NCBI GenBank assembly: GCA_034520965.1
Contig: JAXHMY010000009.1
Span: forward strand, 224,557-288,556
Direction: 5' to 3'
DNA from: Spirochaetia bacterium
Lineage (GTDB): Bacteria > Spirochaetota > Spirochaetia > DSM-16054 > Sediminispirochaetaceae
Length of the DNA: 64,000 nucleotides
Shown here piece after piece: positions 1 to 11,867 of this stretch. Numbering within the stretch: the stretch's first letter is position 1; each line of letters opens with the position of its first letter. The position numbers and the translations under genes are program-made. A model generated the notes under the pieces. It was not told where the DNA came from. It searched no databases and saw nothing but the letters and a program-made list of their open reading frames with translations.

Positions 1-14
1 AGCTGTCTAAACGG

Positions 15-1625
15 GTGCATAAGTTTATCAGAACCTTCTTTGAAATCGACAGCTGGGATCCGGAGGCCGAAAAGGTGCTGCAGTACTGTCTGCTGGTGCT
101 TCGGGAACTGCAGGAGGCCTCCGAGAGTGCCGGGGGTATTCAGGTGGCGGATCCGTACAGCCTGTGGCTGAACCTGCTGAACCAGAGGATTTACGTGTCG
201 GCCCTGCGCACAGAGGCCATTCCGGTGTATCAGTATCGGGTATCCGCCGGCTGTACCCCCCTCTATCACTTCCTGCCCGGTGCCGGGCAGGCGCAGACCC
301 GTATAAAACACGAAGAGCTTACCTTTTTACGGGAGGATTACCGGGCACAGCTGCTGGAGCGGGAGCCGGCGGATATGTCCGGAGATTTTTTATCCGCCTA
401 CGCCCGGTCGGGAGAAACGGTGCAGTTCAGCTGCAGTGATATAGGTTTCTCAGGCCCCCAGCTTCCGCCGGGAGAATTGCTGTCCGCCGGCGCAGTGAAG
501 ACCCGCGGAATGGGTGAAGCCGGTGCACAGGACCCGTTTACCCTGGAGGAGGCCTACTGGAGCGGAGAACAGGAGTTTCCCCATAGCCTGTACCCGGTAC
601 AACAGCGGGGTTTCCGCTTTGTGGGGCAGACAGCTTTCTCGGCCAAGGGAAAAGATTTTTCAAAAACGACAGTGGATGACCCCAAGCTTTTGGCCCATCT
701 GTTTCAAATAGCCAAGGGTGATCGCGGGGCCAAGGACGGGCGTTTCTGGTTTTCCCCTTCCTCCTTCGACCAGTATGCCGGCTGTCCCTTCATGTATCTG
801 CTCAACCGCGGCCTGAAGATAGAGGAGGCGGAGTTTAGCAGCCGGTGGGAGGACCACCGGTTTACCGGCATCATGCTCCACCGGATTTTGACGGCCCTGT
901 ATAAAAGGGTGCAGGAGAAGGACGGGCGCTGGAAGCGGGAAAATCTACTGGAGTATTGGGAGCTGGCCGGGGAATTGTGCCGGGAGGAGTTTGACTACCA
1001 AGCCTCCCGGGGAAGAGATTTTATGTATCCCATCTGGAAGGGGCTGCAGGAGAACACCCGCCGGGCAGTTGAAGTGTTCGTGGAGCAGGAATCAAAGTTG
1101 TATCACGGTTATGAGCTTGCCGAGGCGGAAGAGAACCTGGGAGCTGAAATTGATGAGAACTGCGGCATTCAGGGGAGGGTTGACCGTATCTCCTGGAAGG
1201 AGGGGAGTGCTGTTATAGTGGATTATAAAAAGGGAGATCCCCCGAGCCTCTCCGATGTGTTTCAGCCCGACTCTCTGCCGCCTGTCTCGCAGCTGCCCCT
1301 GTATGCGTATGCAGCCGAGGAGAAGGGGTATCATGTGACCGGGGCCGCCTACTTCAGCATTAAAAAAGGCCGCTATACACACATGCTGCTGGATCCGGTG
1401 GCACCCATGGACACAAGCGGGGCGAAGATAAAAACCATGGTATCCCCGCAGGAGTTTCACGAGCTGAAGGAGAGGATCGTTGCGGCGGTGGGAGCAGCTG
1501 CCGAGAGCTTAAACCGCGGCGTATTTACAACTGCCGCCAGCTGCGACGGCTGCGATTTTCGTACGATCTGTCGCCGCAAGTACAATGTGCGAATGCCGGA
1601 GGTACAGCAGCATGGGAACTCTTGA
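15..1625 (+). CDS. AddB/RexB-like PD-(D/E)XK nuclease (5' end probably upstream of window)
   Basis: C-terminal nuclease motifs (FSPSSFDQYAGCP, GRVDRI, IVDYKKG, QLPLYA) and terminal Cys cluster CDGCDFRTIC; overlaps start of UvrD-like gene. Confidence 0.85.
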   Translation: MHKFIRTFFEIDSWDPEAEKVLQYCLLVLRELQEASESAGGIQVADPYSLWLNLLNQRIYVSALRTEAIPVYQYRVSAGCTPLYHFLPGAGQAQTRIKHEELTFLREDYRAQLLEREPADMSGDFLSAYARSGETVQFSCSDIGFSGPQLPPGELLSAGAVKTRGMGEAGAQDPFTLEEAYWSGEQEFPHSLYPVQQRGFRFVGQTAFSAKGKDFSKTTVDDPKLLAHLFQIAKGDRGAKDGRFWFSPSSFDQYAGCPFMYLLNRGLKIEEAEFSSRWEDHRFTGIMLHRILTALYKRVQEKDGRWKRENLLEYWELAGELCREEFDYQASRGRDFMYPIWKGLQENTRRAVEVFVEQESKLYHGYELAEAEENLGAEIDENCGIQGRVDRISWKEGSAVIVDYKKGDPPSLSDVFQPDSLPPVSQLPLYAYAAEEKGYHVTGAAYFSIKKGRYTHMLLDPVAPMDTSGAKIKTMVSPQEFHELKERIVAAVGAAAESLNRGVFTTAASCDGCDFRTICRRKYNVRMPEVQQHGNS

Positions 1626-4600
1626 TACATACCAACAGGCGGCGGTCTTAGCCGATAAGAATACAGTGGTTACCGCCGGAGCGGGCTCGGGAAAGACCAC
1701 GGTGCTGGCCGAACGATTTGTGCACTTAATAGCCGAGGGACGGGCGCGGGTAGACGGCATCCTGACCCTAACCTTTACCAGGAAAGCGGCGGCGGAGATG
1801 TACGAGCGGATTTACCGGCAGTTGGTCCAGCGAGCCGAGAGCGAGACTGATGAGCAGCGCCGGGAGCGTCTGAAGGCGGCGGTGGCGGAGTTTGATACGG
1901 CCCATATTTCTACCCTCGACAGCTTCTGTTCCCAGATAGTACGCGGCGGCAGCGTACAGTTTGGTATATCCGGGGACTTTCGGGCGGATGAGTACAGTGC
2001 CGCCCAGATGGTGGAGGAGACTTCCCTCTCTTTCCTGCTGCAGCACGCCGATGATCCCGCCCTGGAGCAGTTTCTGCAGGATTTCGGGACCCAGTCGGTG
2101 TTGGAGCGCCTGCTGATTCCACTGGCAAAACAGGAGTTTCACCTGGCGGTGGAACACGATTTTGAAGCCATGCTGGAAGCGCAGTTTACCTATCTGCGAC
2201 AGAAGGCACACAGCCTGGCGGCTAGCCTGCAGGAGAAGTACGACTGGTTTTTTACCGCCGACTTGCCCGATAAAACTTCCGTACATAAAGTGGTGAACCT
2301 GCTTAAACCACTCTCCTCTCCGGCGGCAGCGGCCGAAGAGGGCAAGTGGGGCCTGCTGGCCGATATCTGTGAGGTCAAACTGGTAAAGGGGGGCGGAAAA
2401 ACCACCGACCCCCGGCTGATTGAGCTTAAAGAAAAAATTGATGAGTGGCGGAAGGTGGTGGAGCAGCTGGGGCCGATACTGATGCTGCTGCAGAAGGAGA
2501 ATCTGTACCGCGGGCTGTATGCTCTGTTGAATGAGTATCAGCAGGAGATTCACGCAGCCAAGCGCAGCAGCGGGGTGCTGACCTTCCGAGATGTAGTGGA
2601 GATGGCGGTGCGGCTGCTGCAGGAGGATGTACAGCTGCGAAGCCACTACAAGGGACTGTTTAGCCATATCATGATCGATGAGTTTCAGGATAATAATGAT
2701 CTGCAGCGGCGCCTGCTGTTTTTGCTGGCCGAGAAAAAGAGCTGAACAGAACCGACGGACTGCCCGCGCCGGAGGAACTGGAAGCGGGAAAGCTGTTTTT
2801 TGTGGGTGATGAAAAGCAGTCTATCTACCGCTTTCGTGGCGCCGATGTGCGGGTGTTGAAGCAGCTGCAGCGGCAGTTGGAGGAGTCCGGCGGAGAGGCG
2901 CTGCAGCTGCCCAATAATTACCGCAGCCACTCAGGGTTGATCCGCTTTTTCAACACCCTCTTTGCCGAGGTGATGCAGCCGGTCGGGGGCCAGCCGGCAG
3001 GAGCAGCTTCGGTCGGAAACTGGCCGATCGAAGCGCCGGAGGCTGTCGGGAGCTCTTCAAGTGCGGCCGGCAGGACCGAAATCCCGGCCGCCGGGGTCGG
3101 TTCCGAGGCTGAGTTTATCCCCTCGAGGCTCCGCAGCAGCACCTGGCCTTTACTCCTACCGTGCGGCTGCTGTACAAACCTTATGAAAAGGATGCGGCAG
3201 GAGAGGAGAATGCCGGCGAAGAGAGCGCCGAGCAGAGCCCTCCATTACACTCAAAGGAAGCCGAGGCCTGGCACATCGTCAATTACCTCAAGGAGGTGAT
3301 CGGAGGCGGGCATTTGATGGTCCGGGATAGGTCTGTTCAGAGCGGTCCGGGGGAAAAGGAGGCTGTCCGGCGGGCTGTCTATGACGATGTAGCTATTCTG
3401 ATGCGCAGTTCCGGAAATCAGATTAACTTTGAGCGCTACATGCGGCATCTGCAGATTCCCTATAACGTCCAGAGTACCCGCAGTCTGTTTCTCGAGGCCC
3501 CTATCAACGACATGTATCAGTTTCTGCAACTGGTGCTGTATCCGAAGGATAGGGCGGCGTATGCCGCCCTGCTGCGCTCGCCCTTTGTGAATCTGTCCGA
3601 CGAGGTGACCGCCCGCATTCTGCAGGGAGAGATTTCCGAGCTAATCGCCTTTTCCCTGAGCGGTGACGAGGCCCTGTTTGCTGACGAGGGGGAGGCATGC
3701 AAGTACAAGCGGGCGGCCGAGGCGTATCGGGTGCTGCGCGATTTGGCGGCTACGGCACCGATTGCCGATATGATCCGTTACCTGTGGTACGAGGCCGGGT
3801 ATCGGTATGTAGTGCTGCGGAACCCCGATTATCACGCCTACCTGGAGTTCTACGATGCCCTGATAGAGCTGGCCCGGCGCAGTGATGGGCGTGGAGAGGG
3901 ATTGGCGAGCTTTTTGGATTTTTTGAGGGAGAACCTTGGGCAGTTTGAAAAGCTGGAAGATTTGGAGTTCATTCCGCGCCGCAGCGGTGGAGTAAACCTG
4001 CTGAGTATTCATAAATCAAAGGGCTTGGAGTTTCCGGTAGTGATTGTGGCGGATATGGGGAACTCGGGCCTGAGCGGCGGCGATGGAAACCTGTATGTGT
4101 GGGATGAAAAGTTCGGCCTCGCTCTGGCAGGCGGCGAGAAAGGATCGAAGGTACACAGTTATTTTGCACAATCTGCCAAGGAAGAGGAGGAACTGCAGGA
4201 CTATGCGGAGCTCAAGCGGCTGCTGTACGTAGCCTGTACACGGGCCGAGGATCATTTGATACTCTCGGGTTTCCACCACGGTATGAACCGGAATCTTGAA
4301 AAGAGGTCGGGCAAGAATGTGCTTCTGAATATTACCCTGCAGGCTTTGGGTTGGGACGGAGCGGCTTTGGAGGAGGAGCTGTGTGCCGAAGGGGGCTGTG
4401 AGCTGGAGATTATCCCGGAGGTGACGGAGGAGATGATAGACCGGACACGCCACGCCTCGCGGGCCCGCAGCCTGGCATCCGCCGCTCGGCGGATAGAGAG
4501 GGCGGAGCTGGTCGAGCGTAGTTTTGTACGGCGGGAGCTGACTGCAGTGGAGTTGAACCGCATGTATCTGGACGCTGGGGATGAGCATTCCGCGGCTGAG

Positions 4601-5161
4601 GGCGGTGAAGAGGAACTGCCCTCTATTGCGGTAGATCAGCTGTTGTCCGACCGGAGCGCCGCCGGCCCCTTTGGTGAACTGGTGCACCGCTGCATAGAGG
4701 CAGAGTTGACCGGCTTGCCGGGACGGGTGTCGCTGCCGCCGCTGTTTTCCGGTCTGGAGCCGGAACAGGTGGCGGAGCTTGAAGGGGAAGCGCGGCGGAT
4801 GGCGGCGGCCTTTCTTACATCGCCCCTGGGCCGGGAGGCCGCGGCGGCGGCCGAGGAGGGGACGGTAGAATCGGAGCTGCCCTTTCTGCTGCAGATAGAC
4901 GGGGCACAGGTGGTACGCGGACAGATCGATTTGCTTCTGCAGAGGCCCGGGGAGGTTTTGATTGTGGATTTTAAGACCGACCGCATCTGCAAACCCGCCG
5001 AGTATGCTGCCCAGATGGCGGTGTACCGACGGGCGGCCGCAGAGCTGTATGGGCTTCCGGCCCGCAGCATGCTGGTGTATGTGCGGGACGGCCGGGTGGA
5101 AGAGCTTTCTACCCAGGTAGAATTGGAGGGCTTGTGTGCCCGGGCCGCCTATTCTAGGTAG
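1612..5161 (+). CDS. addA: AddA/UvrD-like helicase-nuclease, split by two frameshifts (~2750, ~3140)
   Basis: Walker A AGAGSGKT, LTFTRKAA, MIDEFQD, VGDEKQSIYRFRGAD, SIHKSKGLEF, LLYVACTRA, C-terminal GQIDLL..VDFKT; spread over ORFs 1585-2745, 2802-3299 and 3161-5161. Confidence 0.8.
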
Positions 5162-6086
5162 CTTCCGCCAGAGCTGAGTAAGCCACGGCGATTTTTGCCG
5201 CCACGGCGGCGTTGTTTTTGACCAATTCTATATTCGCATTTAAGCTCTCACCTCCGGTGAGCTCCTTGATTTTTTCCAGTAAAAAGGGGGTGAGTTCTTT
5301 GCCGAAGATACCGATTCGGCGGGCTTCGTCCAGGGCTACCTCGATGGCGTTGTCGATTTTCTCTTTTTCCATTGAAAACTCTTCGGGAATGGGGTTGGCA
5401 ATCAGCACTCCTCCCTCCAGGCCGCACTTCCACTTGGAGTCCAGGATAGCCGCCGCGGCTTCCGGGGAATCTACCCGGTGATCAACTGGTAATCCGCTGC
5501 TGCTGGAATAAAAGGCCGGCATCTCTGCGGTGCCGTAGCCGAGTACCGGAACTCCCAGGGTTTCCAGGTATTCCAGGGTAAGCTGAAGGTCGAGGATGGC
5601 CTTGGCTCCGGCACACACCACCGCAACACTGCTGCGGGCAAGCTCTTGCAGGTCGGCGGAGATGTCGAAGCTGCTTTCCGCCCCGCGGTGTACACCTCCG
5701 ATGCCCCCGGTGGCAAAGACATGGATGCCGGCCAGGGCGGCGGCGATCATGGTTGCGGCCACGGTGGTAGCTGCATGAGATTTTTCGGCCAGGATAACCG
5801 GGATATCCCTGCGGCTGGCCTTTTTGATGTTCTCTGCTTTGCCTAAAAACTCAATCTGTTCTTTACTAAGACCGACTTTGATACGCCCGTCAATAATTGC
5901 AATAGTTGCGGGAACTGCCCCCTCCCTGCGGATAGTCTCTTCCAGGGCTGCGGCGGTAGCAACATTGTCCGGATAAGGCATCCCATGGGAAATGATGGTA
6001 GATTCCAGGGCCACCAGGGGCTGGTTTCGTGAGAAAGCGTTGGCAACTTCCTGGGAATAATCTAGTGGTATATCGGGTTTTTTCAT
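5154..6086 (-). CDS. psuG: pseudouridine-5'-phosphate glycosidase
   Basis: VALESTIISHGMPYP, ATTVAATM, FATGGIGGVHRG, DISADL motifs; AGGAG RBS before ATG at 6086. Confidence 0.93.
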   Translation of the reverse strand: MKKPDIPLDYSQEVANAFSRNQPLVALESTIISHGMPYPDNVATAAALEETIRREGAVPATIAIIDGRIKVGLSKEQIEFLGKAENIKKASRRDIPVILAEKSHAATTVAATMIAAALAGIHVFATGGIGGVHRGAESSFDISADLQELARSSVAVVCAGAKAILDLQLTLEYLETLGVPVLGYGTAEMPAFYSSSSGLPVDHRVDSPEAAAAILDSKWKCGLEGGVLIANPIPEEFSMEKEKIDNAIEVALDEARRIGIFGKELTPFLLEKIKELTGGESLNANIELVKNNAAVAAKIAVAYSALAEAT

Positions 6087-6102
6087 GGCAGTTCTCCTTA
6101 GC

Positions 6103-7260
6103 TTAAATGTAGTCGGAACGGGGCCTATTGGGCAAGTCGCTCCGCGCAATTCTGAGCCGCTCCAGTAGTGCCGCCCGGTTTAGTTCGGGGGCAACGGTAT
6201 GCTGTGATTCAAGGGTGAGTGCGGCGGCCGCTTGGCCCCACTGGACTGCTTCGGCCACCGAGGGTGCTCCTGGGGATGGCGCTTGGACGGTCGTCAAAGC
6301 GGCGGTGAAGCCGGCGATAAACGCATCGCCGGCGCCGTTGGTGTCCGCCGGACGGGCGGGCAGAGGCGGGTACCACCAGGCCCACCACTGAGAGCTCTCA
6401 GACAGGGAGCTGCCGGACAGGGGCTCTGCCGACGGGTTTGACAAAAGGCTGTGCCGCCGGCTGCATTGCGGGTCTCGGCTGAGCAGCAGAACCCCCTCCG
6501 CTCCCAGGGTGATGAGCAGTTGGGGAGCATCTGTGCCGCTGGATGCTGATTCAAGGGCGGCCGTGATGTCTTTGGCCAAGGCGGTGGCTTGCCCGGGCCG
6601 AGCCACAAGGCTCCTTAGAAAACGCCGCATATAAAAAATTTCAATAGAGTAGAGTGCACAAAGTTCATCCAGATTTGGGCTTATCCAGGTGCAGTACTGC
6701 AGGATTGAGGCCAGGCGGGTCGACTTTTGCACGGACACCGGCTCGGCGATGCAGGGAACCCCGTGCCGGCGAGCTGCATGGGAGAGGTAGGCGAGGGTGG
6801 TGGTACGAAGATTGGTGTCGAGGACCAGTGCGGCGGACGCGGCCAGCTGCGACTCAAGGGGCCGCAGAAGTTCGGCCTGCAGGGTATCCATGATTTCCAT
6901 GTCCGATATGGCGGAGAATAAATCGCCGGTCGCATCCTGGATGGCCAGATAGCTGCCGGTGGGGAAGCTGTCGAAGCGGAAGACGGCGGAGGTGTCGACT
7001 CCGGCGGCGGCGGTGGCGGAGAGGACGGAATCGCCGCCGCTGTCGTTTCCGGCGGCGCTGCAGAGGATTGGATTCGCCCCTAGGAGTGCCAGAGAATGGG
7101 CAATGTTGCGGCCCACCCCGCCGGGGGCCCGGTAGACCCTACCCGGATTGGAGCTGCGCGGGGTAGGGGTGGTGAAGGGCCGGGCTTTGATGTCCTCGTT
7201 TAAGCCGCCGGCCACAAACACCGCGGAGCCTTGGGCGGAACCGGGGGCCGGGTTTGTCAC
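6103..7260 (-). CDS. psuK: PfkB-family kinase, likely pseudouridine kinase
   Basis: GGVGRNIA and DTNGAGDAF PfkB signatures; directly upstream of psuG. Confidence 0.75.
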   Translation of the reverse strand: MTNPAPGSAQGSAVFVAGGLNEDIKARPFTTPTPRSSNPGRVYRAPGGVGRNIAHSLALLGANPILCSAAGNDSGGDSVLSATAAAGVDTSAVFRFDSFPTGSYLAIQDATGDLFSAISDMEIMDTLQAELLRPLESQLAASAALVLDTNLRTTTLAYLSHAARRHGVPCIAEPVSVQKSTRLASILQYCTWISPNLDELCALYSIEIFYMRRFLRSLVARPGQATALAKDITAALESASSGTDAPQLLITLGAEGVLLLSRDPQCSRRHSLLSNPSAEPLSGSSLSESSQWWAWWYPPLPARPADTNGAGDAFIAGFTAALTTVQAPSPGAPSVAEAVQWGQAAAALTLESQHTVAPELNRAALLERLRIARSDLPNRPRSDYI

Positions 7261-8282
7261 ACCTTGACTTCCCTCAGCAGTCGGCAGACTTCGTCGACAT
7301 CCTGGGTGGTAATGCCCAGGTGGGTGACCATCCGAATGGCATTACTGCCGAAGGCGCTGCACAGCACCCCCTTCTTTTTGAGCTGAGCCACGATTTGCTC
7401 GGCGGGATGGGCGGGGGTGGCAAAATAAATAATATTTGTTTCTACGTTTTTGGAGTCGATAGTGGCCCATTCCAGGGCGGAGAGGGTGTCGGCTATGCGC
7501 TTGGCATTTGCATGGTCGTCTTTAAGACGGGTAATGTTGTTCTCTAAAGCGTAGATACCTGCGGAGGCTATGATACCGGCCTGACGCATACCGCCGCCGA
7601 GCATTTTTCTTACCCGCCGGGCTTCGGCAATAAACTTGCTGGGGCCGCACAGCAAGCTGCCCACCGGTGCCCCGAGCCCTTTGGATAAGCAGAAGGTAAC
7701 CGTATCGACCAGGGAGCACATACGCTTCACCGGCAGCCCGGTTGCAACGGAGGCGTTGAACATACGCGCCCCGTCCATGTGCAGAGAGAAACCGTGCTTG
7801 TGGGCAAAATCGCTCACCAATTTAAGCTGGTTGTAGGTATAGCAGGTACCGCCCTCGCGGTTGTGGGTGTTCTCTATTTCTATCATGGTAACCCGCGGCA
7901 TAAGGTACGAGGCCGGGCGCAGATGTTTTTCAAGTTCCTCCGGGCGCAGTATTCCGCGTTCACCCTTTACCGCCACCGGCATTACTCCGGCCACACTAGT
8001 GGCCGAGGCCAATTCATAGTGGAAAATATGGCTGTTCATTTGGGAGAGGACCTCATTGCCCCTTCCGCCGTTGATATAGAGGGGAATCAGGTTGCCCATT
8101 GAGCCGGAGGGGATAAACAGTGCTTCCCTTTTGCCGGTTATTTTAGCCGCCAGCTCCTCCAGCTTATTGATGGTGGTATCTTCGCCGTACACATCGTCTC
8201 CGACATCGGCCTTTGCCATTAACTTGCGCATCTCCCGGGAGGGGAGGGTAACTGTATCACTTCTCAGATCGTAGGTTTTCAT
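7257..8282 (-). CDS. ltaE: low-specificity L-threonine aldolase
   Basis: DLRSDTVT, VGDDVY, HMDGAR, CLSKGLGAPVGS, GGGMRQAG. Confidence 0.93.
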   Translation of the reverse strand: MKTYDLRSDTVTLPSREMRKLMAKADVGDDVYGEDTTINKLEELAAKITGKREALFIPSGSMGNLIPLYINGGRGNEVLSQMNSHIFHYELASATSVAGVMPVAVKGERGILRPEELEKHLRPASYLMPRVTMIEIENTHNREGGTCYTYNQLKLVSDFAHKHGFSLHMDGARMFNASVATGLPVKRMCSLVDTVTFCLSKGLGAPVGSLLCGPSKFIAEARRVRKMLGGGMRQAGIIASAGIYALENNITRLKDDHANAKRIADTLSALEWATIDSKNVETNIIYFATPAHPAEQIVAQLKKKGVLCSAFGSNAIRMVTHLGITTQDVDEVCRLLREVKV

Positions 8283-8391
8283 TGTATGGGTACCTCTCTT
8301 TTCTTAACAGTGTAACATGCTATTCCCGGTTTTGACTATTAAGCTTGCCGAAAGCTTGCCGAAAGGGGGCGGGGCTGTCTATCTTGTGTAC

Positions 8392-9274
8392 ATGTGCATG
8401 TTATTAATTGGTCGGGATGTTCACCCCGAATATAAGCTTATTGTTGCTGCGAACCGGGACGAAAAGTATCAACGTCCGACTGCGGCGGCCCACTGGTGGC
8501 CGGGAGATCCCGTTGTACTGGCCGGGAGCGATTTGTCCGCCGGCGGTACCTGGCTCGGCATTACGAAAAGCGGCCGCTTTGCCGCCCTTACTAACTATTG
8601 GGGAGATACCGAGCAGAGACCGGATGCGCCCTCGCGGGGCGGCTTGGTGTCCGGATTCCTGGGCAGCTCCGTGCCTGCGCCGGAGTACTTTCACCAGCGG
8701 GTTCCCCGCGAGAGTTTTGGCGGTCCGGCCGGTGGAGAGACCTCCGGCCTCCGCGACGGGCCGGCCCCTGCCCGCCGCTACAACGGTTTTAATCTGGTAA
8801 TGGGGAGTGTTGACAGCTTGTGGTATTATTCCAATGTCGACGAGACCCCACCCTGTGAAATAGATAGGGGTATTCATGTGCTTAGCAACGACCTGTTTGA
8901 TGCGCCCTGGCCCAAAGCCCGTACGGCCCATGCAGGGGTGCAAGAGCTCATCGCCTCGGGCCGGGTGAATCTCCTACAGCCTGCTCGAGCTGCTCAGCTC
9001 GGCTGTGGATGAGAAGCGCCAACCGGATCCTTCCATACCGCGCTCAGCGGCCTTGGAAATTGCCAAAGCTTCCATCAAAATTGAGTTTCCCCGTTTTGGA
9101 ACCCGCTCTTCGACGGTACTATTGGTGGATAGAGCGAATCGGGTGCGGTTTGTTGAGAGGACTTTTTATCCTACCAGGGTAAACGATTTCTCGTTTACTT
9201 TAACACTTTCCCAGGGCTTCGAGGTACTCGCGCCCCCTCTTGGTAAGGTCCAAAAGATAGTCACTGCCCTTTAA
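8392..9274 (+). CDS. NRDE/TANGO2 family protein (frameshift near 8990)
   Basis: MC start, AANRDE, GGTWLG, SRG, YNGFNL; FGTRSSTV in the second frame. Confidence 0.85.
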
Positions 9275-10222
9275 CGAGACTATTACCAACCCGCGTTTCG
9301 CAGCTGCATCGGCTACTTTTTTGAGCTTTGAGTAGCCGTGCTGATGGTAATTTATGTCGGCTTTGAGCAAGCGGGTTCCGACATCCTGGAGTTTTGCTTT
9401 TTTCCCTTCGCTGGTAATGGTTTTTTCAGCGGCCTCGCGAACAGCCTTCAGGAAGGCCGCCAGAATAGTAGGAAGGGCCTGTTCCGCCGGTACCCGGGCA
9501 TGGGCAGTCAGATTCAGCATCAGGTTACGCTCTTTGAAGCGGGTGTGAACTATATCGCGTCGTTCCGCCTCGGCCAGATAGCTTCTCCAGGAATCAAAAC
9601 CGAGCCGTTTTTCATCGAAGCGTTCGTTCATCAGGCGCAGACGTACATATACGGCTTCGGGAGTTGGGTTCCGCTCTTCATTTTCAATATACAGAATTGC
9701 CTCGCGGAGCAAGTTGAAAGACTCCTCCAGGCTGAGAGTGGTTTTTTCTGCGGATTGAATATCCTCTTCAAGGGGGGCGATAGTTAAATCGCGAAAGTCT
9801 TTAAAGTTGTCCGCAAGTCCCAGCAGGTCTTCATCCGCATTTTTTGAATCGCAGATAATAGTCGTTTCCACATCATGACTGCGGATTTCCCGCAGAGCCG
9901 GAGCAAGTTTGGCAGCTCCGCTGATCAGCAGCAGTTTATGGATATGGGGGGCTCTGTTGAGCAGATCGAGTATGTGGGATCCCAAAATTACATCGATGTG
10001 TTCGCGATAGCCCCGGGGAATATGTATCATTTCAAAGGAATCTTCAAACAGCTGATGAGCGGTCGATTCAAGACCCTCCCGCGCCCAGTCGCCATATACC
10101 CAGGCTTCTGTTACCCGCCCGATCGTATGTGCATACTCCAGTAAACCCTTCATAAAGGTGGAGTTGATACTCGGAGTTACGTTTTCTATATCCCATACAA
10201 TTGCAAGAGCTTCTCGTTTCAT
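9200..10222 (-). CDS. NYN-domain protein with OST-HTH/LOTUS-like repeats
   Basis: IVWDIENV, YGDW, LLLISG; FDEKRLGFDSW and YHQHGYSKL LOTUS-like segments. Confidence 0.75.
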   Translation of the reverse strand: MKREALAIVWDIENVTPSINSTFMKGLLEYAHTIGRVTEAWVYGDWAREGLESTAHQLFEDSFEMIHIPRGYREHIDVILGSHILDLLNRAPHIHKLLLISGAAKLAPALREIRSHDVETTIICDSKNADEDLLGLADNFKDFRDLTIAPLEEDIQSAEKTTLSLEESFNLLREAILYIENEERNPTPEAVYVRLRLMNERFDEKRLGFDSWRSYLAEAERRDIVHTRFKERNLMLNLTAHARVPAEQALPTILAAFLKAVREAAEKTITSEGKKAKLQDVGTRLLKADINYHQHGYSKLKKVADAAAKRGLVIVSLKGSDYLLDLTKRGREYLEALGKC

Positions 10223-10279
10223 AGAATAGACCACCTTTTGCTGTATTATACCTGTAAAAGGCAACAAAATGCAACAAGA

Positions 10280-11581
10280 TTATTCTATCAAGACCTTGGC
10301 TCCGATTTCCTCGAGGTTTTTGAAAAAGTCAGGAAAGGTTACCGCCGCTGCTGCAGCATCATCAATGGAAATCGGTCCTTCCGCCGCCAGGCCGGCCACC
10401 GCCAAGGCCATTATCACCCGGTGGTCCCCGTGTCCTGCCACCTTTCCGCCCTGCAAGGTGCCGGTACCGTGAATGATCAGGCCGTCCTCAAGCTCTTCGA
10501 TATTCGCCCCCAGTTTAGAGAGCTCCTGCTTCATTACAGCAATCCGGTCGGTTTCCTTTTGTCGTGCCTGGGGCACGTTGCCCAGTTCCACCACGGCGTT
10601 GCTAAAGCAGGCCGCCACGGCCAAAGCCGGAAGGGCATCAGGAATATTGTTTAAGTCGAAGCTGCCCCCCTGCAGGCCGCCCGACAAACCGCCCTGCAGC
10701 GCTTTCTGCTCAGCGCCCTCAATCGCAAGTCCGGAGTCAATCTGTTCTATTTTACAGCCCATCCTCTCCAGCACCGAGACCACTTCCTTATCACCCTGGG
10801 TGTCGGTCATATCCAGGCCGTGCAGCTCAATCCGGCTGCCGGTGATCGCGGCGGCTACCATAAAAAAGGATGCGGAAGAGAAATCGCCGGGGATGCGGCG
10901 GTCGAAAGCCCGGTAGCGCTGGCCTCCGGGAATGGAGAACCTGCGGTAATCGCTGCGTTTGTAGCTTATCGACTGTGCATCCAGCCAGTCGAGGGTCATA
11001 TCGATGTAGGGGCGTTCGTAGAGCAGGGGCACCTCGATCTCGGTGTCCCCGCTGCTTAAGGGGGCGGCCAAGAGCAGGCTGGAAAGGTACTGACTGGTCG
11101 GACACTCAATCGAAGTTGAGCCCCCCTGAAGGGGGCCGCGGATGGTAAAAGGAGCGCAGCCCTCGGAGGCGGACTCCACCGCTACTCCAAGGTCCCGTAA
11201 CGCATCAAGCAGCGGAGCTGCTGAGCGACGGCAAATCTGCTCATCCCCGGTAAAGGTCACCGGGAAATCAGCCAGCGACGCCATTCCGGCCAAAAGATAG
11301 AGGCTGGTGCCGGAGTTGCCCACATCGATCGGGGTTGCCGGCGGACGCAGCTGCCCTGCAGTGCCCTTGATGCTCCAAAAATCGTTGTGCATATCGATCT
11401 CGACTCCCAAAGCTCCGCAGGCGCGCACCGCCGCGAGGGGGTCGTTTGATTCGAGGGGAAAGCGGAGGGTGCTGGTCCCATCGGCTAAACCGGCGATCAA
11501 CACCGCTCGGATCGTATGAGATTTAGAGGCGGGAATCGAGACGCTGCCGCCAACCGCCGAAGGGTATATCGTTTTTTTCAC
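10280..11581 (-). CDS. aroA: 3-phosphoshikimate 1-carboxyvinyltransferase
   Basis: PASKSHTIR, VGNSGTS, TSQYLSSLL, KETDRI, GDHRV. Confidence 0.95.
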   Translation of the reverse strand: MKKTIYPSAVGGSVSIPASKSHTIRAVLIAGLADGTSTLRFPLESNDPLAAVRACGALGVEIDMHNDFWSIKGTAGQLRPPATPIDVGNSGTSLYLLAGMASLADFPVTFTGDEQICRRSAAPLLDALRDLGVAVESASEGCAPFTIRGPLQGGSTSIECPTSQYLSSLLLAAPLSSGDTEIEVPLLYERPYIDMTLDWLDAQSISYKRSDYRRFSIPGGQRYRAFDRRIPGDFSSASFFMVAAAITGSRIELHGLDMTDTQGDKEVVSVLERMGCKIEQIDSGLAIEGAEQKALQGGLSGGLQGGSFDLNNIPDALPALAVAACFSNAVVELGNVPQARQKETDRIAVMKQELSKLGANIEELEDGLIIHGTGTLQGGKVAGHGDHRVIMALAVAGLAAEGPISIDDAAAAAVTFPDFFKNLEEIGAKVLIE

Positions 11582-11867
11582 TTTCTTACTCCGCTAAATT
11601 ATTTTACGCCATTTTAGAGCGGAGGGGTCTGCCTGTCAAATGCCTGTCAATTGGACGTGGGCTTGTCGGCTACAGGCTTGCCTGGGGAGGAGCCGGCGAA
11701 GCTGGAAAAACTGCGGTTCACAAAGCTGCGGGCTTTCATATATAAATATTACTATATAAGTACAGTTTGTACAAGCGGTTTAGCGGGGGCCGCGGGTAGA
11801 CCTAAGCTCTCGAGCCGGCCTCTGCGCCGCGTCGACCGTCGGTGCATTTCTCCCACAGACCACCGGT